A DNA stretch of 64,000 nucleotides, taken from NCBI GenBank assembly GCA_002269645.1, contig NIVC01000016.1, forward strand, positions 558,001 through 622,000, read 5' to 3'. The notes beneath the pieces were generated by a model. That model was given only the letters and a program-made list of their open reading frames with translations. It did not search any database and was not told where the DNA came from. Both the position numbers and the translations under genes were made by a program. Shown in pieces: positions 53,920 through 64,000 of this stretch (positions within the stretch are counted from its first letter, which is position 1; each line of letters opens with the position of its first letter). This stretch comes from Macrostomum lignano (taxonomy: Eukaryota).

Positions 53920-54574
53920 TATTAGTTTTAAAATTATATTTGTAATCCAATATTAGTTTTGGTAATATTTTTTTTAACTTTGCATGCTAAAATGAGGGTA
54001 CAATTTTGTACTTTTATATCTTATTATTTAAAATAGATTAGTTTACAAAGAAAATACTAATCAATAATTTTTACATGTATAATAATATAAAGAGCTAAAA
54101 ATATGATATGCAAGTACTGTATTAAAAAAACTACATGCTACATGTATATAGAATGTAGTTAACCACCATGTGTTTTTCACTAAATCACAAAACTATTTTT
54201 AGGAAAACCTACAAGCCAATTGTCTGCCCTGCAATTATACAATTTTTTATTTACCTTCTTTATTAGCTGATAAATTTTTTCGAAATTTTGGGCACAAAAA
54301 TTAGTAGGCAATAATTGCTCAAAATGCCACCTGGAAAGATCAATTAAGTGTTTTGGATTTTTCTGGAAAATGTCGCTAAGTTCTTTCATAATCTTTTTAT
54401 CATTAAAAGCCGATTCTTCAAGGCAATTTCCTGAATGGATGCAGATTGGCCAATTTTATGATAATTTTTCTGTGGCTTTTAAACTCGTTCGGCCGGAAAA
54501 TTTCTGTATAAAAAGTCCTCAGAATTAAGCTTCGATGAAACTAATCAATAATTTATGCGCCAGGCTGGCGAGTC

Positions 54575-57141
54575 ATGTCTGACGCAGACCTAGCGCAGCA
54601 GCAGCAGACTGCTGTTGCAGAAGAACAACAGCAACAACAAGAACAAGTTGCTGCTATTTCGAACGAACAGGTTCAACAGGAGGCTGCTTGCGGCAGCTTC
54701 CAGGAGCAGCAACCGGAGGACGCCGAGGTTGCGAATGCCGAGCACGCTGTTGCGGTGGACGAGGCGAAAGCAGCAGACAGCCAGCTGGAGCCAGGCGCCG
54801 GTAATGCAGCAGACGAGTTTGGGGCTGACGCTCGACCAATGCAGGGCCTGGACTCGATTCTGGCCAACACGGACGCCATCGATGTTGATCAGTACCAGCC
54901 CCAGCCCACCCAGGGCTGGCAGCACCAGCATCCGCTGTCAGCCGCTGCATCGGCTACTTCGCCAACTGCCAGGCAGCCGGCAAAGTACATCTGCCGGGAG
55001 TGCGGCCGCGGCTACGCTAACAAGTCCTCGTTGAGAACGCACGCCAGAGGTGCACACGCCGATCTGCTGGGCCAAGGAGGCGGCGGCGCGGCAGGATCAG
55101 CCAGGCTGTTCAACTGTCCCCACTGCGACTTTGCCAGCCCGTTTCGGGGCAACCTGGACCGGCACGTGCTGTCGCAGCACACGGCCGGCAGGGAGCGAAG
55201 CTTCGGCTGCCAGCAGTGCGGCCAGATGTTCTACACGGCTAGCCAGATGCGTGAGCACTGCCGCTCTGTGCACTCGGACAGCAGCCACCGATGCGAGCAG
55301 TGCGGCAAGCAGTTCAACACTAAACTTCGGCTCCGTCAGCACATGGACACGCACAATCCCACTAAGCCGCACGTGTGCGACATGCCCGGCTGCGAGCGGG
55401 CCTTTCGCACGGCCAAATACTTGAAGAATCACAAAGACGAATTTCACAAGCTGCAGCCGCACCAATACAACTGTCCGATAGCCAATTGCGGCGCCGTATT
55501 CTATAAGAAGACGCACATGAAGCGGCACATGGAGGTGCACGGCGGGGCCAAGAGTTTCCGCTGTCTATGGCCGGACTGCGAGCGGGCCTTCAGGACTCAC
55601 GGGGCCCTGCAGATTCACAGGTACAAGCACACTGGGGAGAAGCCGCTAGGCTGCGGCCTGTGCGAGTACAGGTGCCGGCAGAAGATCTGCCTGTTCAATC
55701 ACCACAGGCGAGCTCATCCGGACACCGCTCTGCCTGCTCAGCTGGCTAATCTGGCGCAGAGACGCCGCCGGCCGCGGCTGGCCCAGCCGAATGCCGCCAA
55801 CGACGCTGTTGGTGGTGCCGCCATTGGAGACTCTGCGGCAGCAGCGGCGGCTGCCGCATCATCCGAGGACGACGACGATGATGAAGACGTAGAAGAAGAC
55901 GGCGACGACGAGGAGAACAATGGAGGCCAGGCGCAGCAGCAGCCTGGTGGGCATCGGCAGCGGCCGCTTGACGCTTCGCTAGCCGCTTCGTCGGCTGGTG
56001 GAGCCGCCGCTGAGCACGACGCCGACTGTCTGTACGGATTCAGCGACTTTGAGAACAGCGACGGCAATATTGGAGGCGGCGTTGGCAGCGTCGGCGCCTT
56101 CCTCCCGCAGGCCGACTGCTCCTCTGGCGGCGGCGGTCCCGGCGGCTCGGCTGGTCCGAAGCTCGACTCCCAGATTGACGGTATCATTAGCAATCTTGAG
56201 CAGGACTCGAATCTTATCGACTTTCTTGAGGAGCGCGTCCAGCATCCTCATCAGCAGCCCATGAGCCAGGCGCCGCATCATCAGCCGGCGCAGAAGCTGG
56301 GTTATTCGATCAACGATTTGGTTTTCCCCGGCAACAGCAGTCAGCGGGCGGCGCCGGCGCACCTGGGCGGGTTTGGCATTCGCTCGCCGACAATCTGCCG
56401 ATCGGCGGCGCGCCCAGCGCCGACTCCTCGGCGAGTCCCAACGGCAACGCGCCCAGCGGCCACAGCACCGGCAGCAACAGCAACGGCCACCACGGCTGCC
56501 CAGCCGGCAGCAGCAAAGACTTCCTCGACGAGGTGTTGGAAGACATTCAGAGCATTCAGGAGAAGGAGCGGGGCGGCGCCGCCGCTGCCGCTACTGCCGG
56601 GTCCTTCAGCTTCGACCGACCGTCGCCTTTTATTGGCGCCAGGCCGGCGCCGCCGTTGGCCGACGCGTCCGCTTGGAGCGACTCGTCCGGCTATTCGAGC
56701 GGCCACGACACCGCCCTGCCGCCCAAGGAGCCCACGCCAGCCGCCGCCGCCGCTGCAGCTGCCGCCGCCGCCGCTGCCGCAGCCGCCGCAGCCGCTTCAA
56801 GGCCGCTGGGTCCTATCCCGCCTGGCCTGTTTCCGCCCTACTATCCTGCCGCAGGGCCTTACCCTGGCAGCCTGTTTCAGCAGCCTCACCAGCTGCCTTA
56901 TCACCAGCAGCCGGCTGGTCAGCCATATCGCCAGCTGCATATGGGCGATCATCTGCGCTCTCTGAGCGCGCTGGGCAACAAGTACCTGCCGGACACACCG
57001 CAGCAGCCTTACTCTGCTGGCCAGCAGCAGCAGCCGCCGCCGCCACAAGCGCAGCAACCGTGGGATGTGCCCTACAGTGGAGGCCCGCCTGCTGGCCCCT
57101 ACGACTACTTGAGAAGTCATCTCAGCAGCGATGGTGAGTGA
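54575..57141 (+). CDS. C2H2 zinc-finger protein with 8 fingers (ZFP91/ZNF692/ZNF276/ZNF653-like), about 855 aa after repairing a 1-nt frameshift near 56320-56380
   Basis: Eight CxxC or CxxxxC...HxxxH fingers between about 54990 and 55720. The last fingers HTGEKPLGCGLCEYRCRQKICLFNHH resemble the HTGEKPLQCEICGFTCRQKASLNWH signature of the ZFP91 family (recalled, not searched). Acidic patch and a Gln/Ala/Pro-rich tail. After about 56330 the coding-like frame switches to the one giving ...SSKDFLDEVLEDIQSIQEKER...YDYLRSHLSSDGE. G|GTGAGT at 57133/57134 may instead splice to cag|AT at 57708, adding DGSYTL* (57708-57727). Confidence 0.85.
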
Positions 57142-57170
57142 GCTGATTGGTTTGCATAAACCCGAGCAGC

Positions 57171-57660
57171 CCTGTAAACCCCAATGCAGAATCGCCATGT
57201 AAACCCCAATGCAGAATCGAAACCCCAATGCAGAATCGCCCTGTAACCCCAATGCAGAATCCCCTGTAAACCCCAATGCAGAATCGCCCTGTAAACCCCA
57301 ATGCAGAATCGCCCTGTAAACCCCAATGCAGAATCCCCCTGTAAACCCCAATGCAGAATCGCCCTGTAAACCCCAATGCAGAATCCCCTGTGAACCCCAA
57401 TGCAGAATCCCCTGTAAACCCCAATGCAGAATCCCCCTGTGAACCCCAATGCAGAATCCCCCTGTGAACCCCAATGCAGAATCCCCCTGTAAACCCCAAT
57501 GCAGAATCCCCCTGTGAACCCCAATGCAGAATCCCCCTGTAAACCCCAATGCAGAATCCCCCTGTGAACCCCAATGCAGAATCCCCTGTAAACCCAATGC
57601 AGAATCCCCCTGTGAACCCCAATGCAGAATCCCCTGTGAACCCCAATGCAGAGTCGCCCA
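57171..57660. repeat. 24/25-bp minisatellite AAACCCCAATGCAGAATCCCCCTGT
   Basis: Direct reading; starts about 35 nt after the zinc-finger gene's putative donor. Confidence 0.95.
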
Positions 57661-58839
57661 GCACCGCTATGCTTACTAGCTGTGGCAGAATCTGCCTCTT
57701 GAAGCAGATGGCTCCTATACCCTGTAGGCTGGCCGGCCACGCCGCCTTTACCCACGTGCCTCAGCCTTCCCTGCACTGCATCTCTTGCTCTGGCTCGTTC
57801 TATTCTCAGCCTGTGATGTTTTCCCTATTCGGCTGCGCTGCCCGACCTTGAAAAGCCAGCCTCTCCTCCGCCTCATCCTCACTCCGCCCACGCGCTCTCA
57901 GTTGCGCAGACTTTGGAGGGAAGCCACCCTCGGACTGGGCTGTCCTCATTTCCCCTTCTCTCACCCCCTTCTTGGCTGTCCAGTCCACGGTCTGTAGCTG
58001 ATACCCTGGACAGAGCGGCGTCCCTTCCACTTCCCCTACCCCAGTGTTCAAGCCAAAGAGGAATCGAATTCAATTTTTTTTGTTCATTTTCGAGAGAAAC
58101 AAAAATATTGCTGTCTTTTATTATTATGGGATTTTTATTGTAGTATAATTGTGGCAGTAAAATTATATATATTATATACATTAATTGTTAATTCGGTCAG
58201 TGCATATGCATGCATAGATATTTAGTGTAGGTGTGAGAGTGGGTGCCTGTGCCTGACCCTGGCCTGGCCTGGCACAGATTAGTGAGGAGCTGAGCGTGCT
58301 ACGAGTGAGTGAGTGAGTGAGAGGGAGAGAGACAGAGAGAGGAGGCAAGAGTGCCGCTTCAGGGTTCGCGCACTCGCCCTCTCACCGCCACCGCCCCCTC
58401 TGTCCCTCCGTCACACCCTCCGCGAGTGCCGAGCGTGTCCCCGCTGTAATAGACTGAGGCTTTAAACCCCAGACCGGCGCGCAGCGTACGCAGGGGCATT
58501 GGTGGGGCGGGGTGTTGGAATTCGCAGTGTAAAAAGCTCCGAGGGGCTTAAGGTAAAGGGAGGAAGGCGGAGCCGCTCCCCCCGGCAGAGACGGAACAGC
58601 TTTAGCGCGTACACTTTCCCACCCCCTCTCAGCTGCTGAACACACTGTAGCCATAGGGAGAGGGGTAGGATGGAAGCACCGAAGTCCCGTTCCGTTCTGT
58701 TCCCCCAGTTTCTGGCGCGGCCGGACTTCAAAATTGCGCCCCTCAAGCCTCCCACCGATCCCATCAGTTCCCCTTCCTCCCCTTCTATCCCGTTTCTTTG
58801 CCGGCCGTGTGCGTTGACTCATTTTTGTGCCGCGGCCGC

Positions 58840-58975
<136 letters not shown>

Positions 58976-59979
58976 GCTTGGTAGAATGGACAACCAAGCC
59001 TTACCAGCAGCAGCAGCTTAGAGGAGCCCGAGGGTGTCGCCTCTTCCCTATCCCCCCCTGTCTATCGATATACCGTAAGACCAGTTTTTCCAAGGTCTTC
59101 TTTTCTCTTTCAGCGTTCTCTTAGACTCGGAGGACTCTCGGTCGAGTCTGAGACAAGAGACAATGAATTTTACAGCCCGGCCTGCGCCTCTTGCTGTGAC
59201 CTTAAAAAGAATCGCCGCCCTCGTGTGACTTGGGAAAGTGGGGGGGGGGATGCCTCCTGCCTGCGTTTCGAGCGCGCAGGCACTCCTGAGGCCTTTCTCT
59301 TTCCCTGCCTTTCATTCTCTTGCGCAAACTTTGTCACCTTGGGGACCCGAGACAGTCGGTGCGCTTTTTGTGCGCATTGTACCCTCCTCTCTGCCCCTCC
59401 GTACTCTCTATCTACCTACCGCTTTTGTGACTCCAGTCTTCTCTCAGGCCCGCTAGCTAGAAATGCTTGTTGTATAAAGCAGGGGTCAGAAATTCTTTTA
59501 CCTCAGCGGCGAGATAAAAAATTTTGCTCCTGGCTTGATGAGAGAGAAAAGGTGAGGGAATAAATGACAGTGAAGAAGGCAGAGATGTGAGAGAAGAGGG
59601 AAGAAAAGATGTGAGACTGTAGTAGGCGAGAAAGGAGATGAGATTAGAGATGAAATAAAAAATGAAAAAATAGAAGAGATAAGATAAGGAGAGGAGAGAA
59701 GCGAAGCGAGAAGAGGGGAGAGAGTAGAGAAGTGGGGAGAGAGGAGAGGCGAGAGAACGGAAAGATGAGATAAGAAATGATATGAAGAATGAAGAGATAG
59801 AAGAGATAAGAGATGGGGAGAAAGGAGAGAAGAGAGCTGAGAATAGACAAATATTGATCGGTCCGGGTTGCTATTTTTAATTTTCAAAGGATAGAGAGGC
59901 TTCGCAGGACTGAGTTTGCCAGATAATAATATCAGATAGTTCAGTATTATATCAGATAATAATTCAGTATTAAGTAATA

Positions 59980-60018
59980 TACGGCATAATAATATAATAA
60001 GTATATTATTATGCCGTA
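59980..60018. other. Perfect 17-bp inverted repeat with a 5-nt spacer
   Basis: TACGGCATAATAATATA-ataag-TATATTATTATGCCGTA. Confidence 0.9.
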
Positions 60019-60335
60019 CTAAACATAGTTCGCCGCAAATTCTAGGTGCGCGTGAAAAATCGATATTTTATGCGGAACCAAACACCCCCTCCCCATTTTT
60101 TGGATTAAAATTAAATTAATATCCAAACTACACTACTGCTGGGACTCCATTCAGTAGGCATAGTTGGCGCATAGAGGCTAAAAAATTAATAATTGACTAT
60201 CGGAGCGGCAGTTCCTCCGATAATCTGTTTTGTTCGCAAGAGAAGCAACCCAATCCTTCTTTACGAGGCCGAGTCTGATTAAGAATGATTTTCGATGCTC
60301 ATTTCCGGTCCAAAATTCCTGTTGCTAACCCACAG

Positions 60336-60594
60336 CGTCCAAGCCGCCGGACCCGCCTTACCGACCATTTGCCGATTATGCGTCGGCGCCGTACCAGCAG
60401 CTGGAGCAGCACCAGCAGCTGCCTTATCAGCAGCATCAGCCTCCTCAGCAGCTTCATCATTCGCAGCAGCAGTCGCCGATGCCGTACAGTTTCTATCAGC
60501 CAGGCTATGGCGCATATCAGCAGCACCAGCCTGCCTACCCCATGCCGCCGCCGCCGCCGCCGCCACCGCCGCCGACTTCGCAGCTGAATCACAG
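60336..60594 (+). CDS. Coding exon of a Pro/Gln/Tyr-rich, transcription-factor-like protein
   Basis: Acceptor gctaacccacag|, donor CACAG|gtatcc. The frame absent from the ORF track reads SKPPDPPYRPFADYASAPYQQLEQHQQLPYQQHQPPQQLHHSQQQSPMPYSFYQPGYGAYQQHQPAYPMPPPPPPPPPPTSQLNH, with GC3-rich codons like the other genes. Confidence 0.6.
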
Positions 60595-61281
60595 GTATCC
60601 ATTCTGAGCTGCCTGCTGCCTGCAGAATTTCTTGTACACAACAGCAGCATTAGCAGTTGAGCTAACCTGTCTACCTGTTAATTGATTGACACAAGCACAC
60701 ACCTGTCCATTCCAATGCACTGCTCTCGCGGCTACCCCATTCTGTATAAAAAAACTTCTAAACAAATCAGTTTGTAGTTTTTTTTTTCTTTGTAGCTCTA
60801 ATCCCCCCGCCTAGTAATTCCTTGACTATGGATGCAATGCCTATTAATACTATGTCACAGTCTGTGATCTTGACAGATTAATCCCCTAATCCCGCTTATT
60901 AAACAGTTCAAGTCTGCCTTCTACAATCAGTCGCTTTACTGTTTTTCCTTGTCTAATCATGTCGTATTAATTAATCGATATTTTCTATTTCTCTTATCAA
61001 AATAATAACTATATTGAAACAGAATCTCAGGGGGCCAGTGTACAGGATCGCGGCAATTTCTTATTGATCCTAGCAAATTTATTATCTTGCTCTGTACAAG
61101 CGCATGCCCTACTGTTGCTACTCTGTCTAGTAAAGTGAGTAGTATTCGAGGCAATTTTTTTCCTGTGAATTTTTTGTTTTGTTTAAATAGGTCTGATAAG
61201 ATTTTACGCATTGTAGGGCGCTTAATTAGTATCCAGCCATGTTCTGTAATGCCTTCCATTATCCTCTTATAATATTGCCAT

Positions 61282-62390
61282 CTGATCCCATATGAGAGTC
61301 TCCCTCTGACCCCATCTGGGAGTCGCCCTCTGACCCCATCTGAGAGTCGCCCTCTGATCCCATCTGAGAGTCGCCCTCTGACCCCATCTGAGAGTCGCCC
61401 TCTGACCCCATCTGGGAGTCGCCCTCTGACCCCATCTGAGAGTCGCCCTCTGACCCCATATGGGAGTCGCCCTCTGACCCCATCTGAGAGTCGCCCTCTG
61501 ACCCCATCTGAGAGTCGCCCTCTGACCCCATCTGAGAGTCGCCCTCTGACCCCATAAGAGAATCGCCCTTTGACCCCATATGAGAGTCGCCCTCTGACCC
61601 CATATGAGAGTCGCCCTCTGACCCCATCTGAGAGTCGCCCTCTGACCCCATATGAGAGTCTCCCTCTGACCCCATCTGAGAGTCGCCCTCTGACCCCATA
61701 TGAGAGTCTCCCTCTGACCCCATATGAGAGTCGCCCTCTGACTCCATAAGAGAATCGCCCTCTGACCCCATCTGAGAGTCGCCCTCTGATCCCATAAGAG
61801 AATCGCCCTCTGACCCCATCTGAGAGTCGCCCTCTGACCCCATAAGAGAATCGCCCTCTGATCCCATCTGAGAGTCTCCCTCTGACCCCATATGAGAGTC
61901 GCCCTCTGACCCCATAAGAGAATCGCCCTCTGACCCCATATGAGAGTCTCCCTCTGACCCCATCTGAGAGTCGCCCTCTGACCCCATCTGAGAGTCGCCC
62001 TCTGACTGAGAGTCGCCCTCTGATCCCATCTGAGAGTCGCCCTCTGACCCCATGAGAGAATCGCCCTCTGACCCCATCTGAGAGTCGCCCTCTGACCTCA
62101 TCTGAGGGTCGCCCTCTGACCCCATGAGAGAATCGCCCTCTGACCCCATCTGAGAGTCGCCTTCTGACCCCATCTGAGAGTCGCCCTCTGACCCCATGAG
62201 AGAATCGCCCTCTGACCCCATATGAGAGTCTCCCTCTGACCTCATATGAGAGTCTCCCTCTGACCCCATGAGAGAATCGCCCTCTGACCCCATGAGAGTC
62301 GCCCTCTGACCCCATCTGAGGGTCGCCCTCTGACCCCATGAGAGTAGCCCTCTGACCCCATCTGAGAGTCGCCCTCTGACCCCATGAGAG
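61282..62390. repeat. 24-bp minisatellite CCCTCTGACCCCATCTGAGAGTCG
   Basis: About 46 copies; intronic under the 60594-62920 splice model. Confidence 0.95.
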
Positions 62391-62919
62391 TCAGCCCTTA
62401 ATCCCTAGAAAGTGGCCTCTGACCCCCATTGAGTTTGGTCAATCACCGGCATTATAATTTCACAAAAAGTGTACCTACTCATTTTAGTACTACATATTGC
62501 CTTTTGCGAATAAATTTGTCAGAAAAAATGTTTCGACTTTTTACCAACGCTCTGCTCAGCTACTGAATTTGCATAGCAACTAACTTCAGAGTTTTGACAG
62601 TAGGTCTATTCTAGGTCTGCTTGCAGCGCCTAGTTGTCCTGCAGAAGACAATTTGTCTGCGTTGTGGCTTTTATGATTTTTTATAAATTCTTCCAAAATG
62701 TTTAAATAATAACACCAACTGACAATGCTCATAGCTGCACAGGACTGGGAGTGAAAGACTGGCACATGGCTGACTTTTTTATCTTTTTTTTACTACTGCT
62801 GCTGATACTACTGTTAATAAGTATAATATACTACTGCTATGCATTGCTCATTTTAGTGTATTTATAATCTTGTGTGCATGTGCTCCATCCGAAGCCCGGC
62901 ACTCACCAGTTTTCTATAG

Positions 62920-62965
62920 ATATCCCGCCTCATCTGTGGCCCAGCATCCCCAGCTTCACCTATGC
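62920..62965 (+). CDS. Candidate next exon (46 nt) of the Pro/Gln/Tyr-rich gene
   Basis: Acceptor cagttttctatag|, donor TATGC|gtgagt. Phase-compatible with 60594 and gives R-YPASSVAQHPQLHLC; an alternative frame reads DIPPHLWPSIPSFTY. Confidence 0.4.
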
Positions 62966-63300
62966 GTGAGTGCTTGTACTCCCTTTGTCATTTCATATTT
63001 CATATTGCAAATAAACACACGCATAGCCTATGCAGAACTTGACAGTTGCGTCCCTGACAGTTCTGATTGAGACAGACCTTTCCTTGCTCATGATGATCAC
63101 TTTTTCAATCTGTTAACCGTCTGTCCGCCATCCAGATCGAGATTGTAGTGATCGTTTGTGCACTTTAACAGACACGGGCACTTCGATAACAAAATTACCT
63201 CTGCTATTGGTTTTATCGACTATTTATTTTTTATTTATTGTCCTTTGCGTTTTAAGTCCACGTCTGGATATTCAATAAATCGTCCTTTCGGGCCAGGATA

Positions 63301-64000
63301 GAAAGTGTCAGGATCGGAATCGTCAGAATTGGGAATTGTCAGGATTGGAAATGTCAGGATTGGAATTGTCAGGATTGGAATTGTCAGAATAGGAATTGTC
63401 AGGATTGGAATTGTCAGAATAGGAATTGTCAGGATTGGAATTGTCAGGATTGGAAATGTCAGGATTGGAATTGTCAGAATAGGAATTGTCAGGATTGGAA
63501 TTGTCAGGATTGGAAATGTCAGGATTGGAATTGTCAGGATTGGAAGTGTCAGGATTGGAATTGTCAGGATTGGAAGTGTCAGGATTGGAATTGTCAGAAT
63601 AGGAATTGTCAGGATTGGAATTGTCAGGATTGGAAATGTCAGGATCGGAATCGTCAGGATTGGAAATGTCAGAATTGGAACTGGCAGATTTGGGAATTGT
63701 CAGGATTGGAATTGTCAGGATTTGAATTGTCAGGATTTGAATTGTCAAGATTGGAATTTTCAGAATAGGAATTGTCAGGATTTGAATTGTCAGGATTGGA
63801 ATTGTCAGGATTGGAATTGTCAGAATAGGAATTGTCAGGATTGGAAATGTCAGGATTGGAAATGTCAGGATTGGAAGTGTCAGGATTGGAAATGTCAGGA
63901 TTGGAAGTGTCAGGATTGGAAATGTCAGGATTGGAAGTGTCAGGATTGGAAATGTCAGGATTGGAAATGTCAGGATTGGAATTGTCAGGATTGGAATTGT
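63301..64000. repeat. 15-bp minisatellite GGAA(T/A)TGTCAGGATT, runs off the window end
   Basis: Direct reading. Confidence 0.95.

Noticed and set aside
56373-56965. C-terminal 200 aa of the 796-aa ORF as listed (RSPTICRSAARP...)
   Set aside because: Out-of-frame read-through after the frameshift; the alternative frame has the gene's codon usage and composition.

Overview
Eukaryotic (animal) genomic DNA, not prokaryotic: no operons, rRNA, credible tRNA or CRISPR. Almost all long ORFs in the supplied track are translations of micro/minisatellites. GC3-rich exons embedded in about 30 tandem-repeat arrays resemble a Macrostomum-type flatworm genome (inference from composition only). Supported genes: (1) a minus-strand death-domain + two Pelle/IRAK-family kinase-domain gene (36877-39826, about 791 aa after repairing a 1-nt homopolymer frameshift and removing one intron); (2) a plus-strand 8-finger C2H2 zinc-finger gene of ZFP91/ZNF692/ZNF276 type (from 54575, also with a 1-nt frameshift); (3) a minus-strand exon with signal peptide and GDNF-receptor/GAS1-type cysteine spacing (6873-7064); (4) two plus-strand exons of a Pro/Gln/Tyr-rich, TF-like gene (60336-60594, 62920-62965). 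The block at about 42.3-54.5 kb is AT-rich, has no large minisatellite array and is full of transposon remnants (mariner, LINE RT, two hAT MITEs, a 4-bp-TSD TIR element); the old elements show near-saturating CpG-type decay. Most interesting: the tandem-kinase architecture, an intron whose 5' part is 11 tandem copies of its own splice-donor junction in the kinase activation segment, the CpG-hypermutated TE island, and a TIR element caught expanding a subterminal repeat into a minisatellite.
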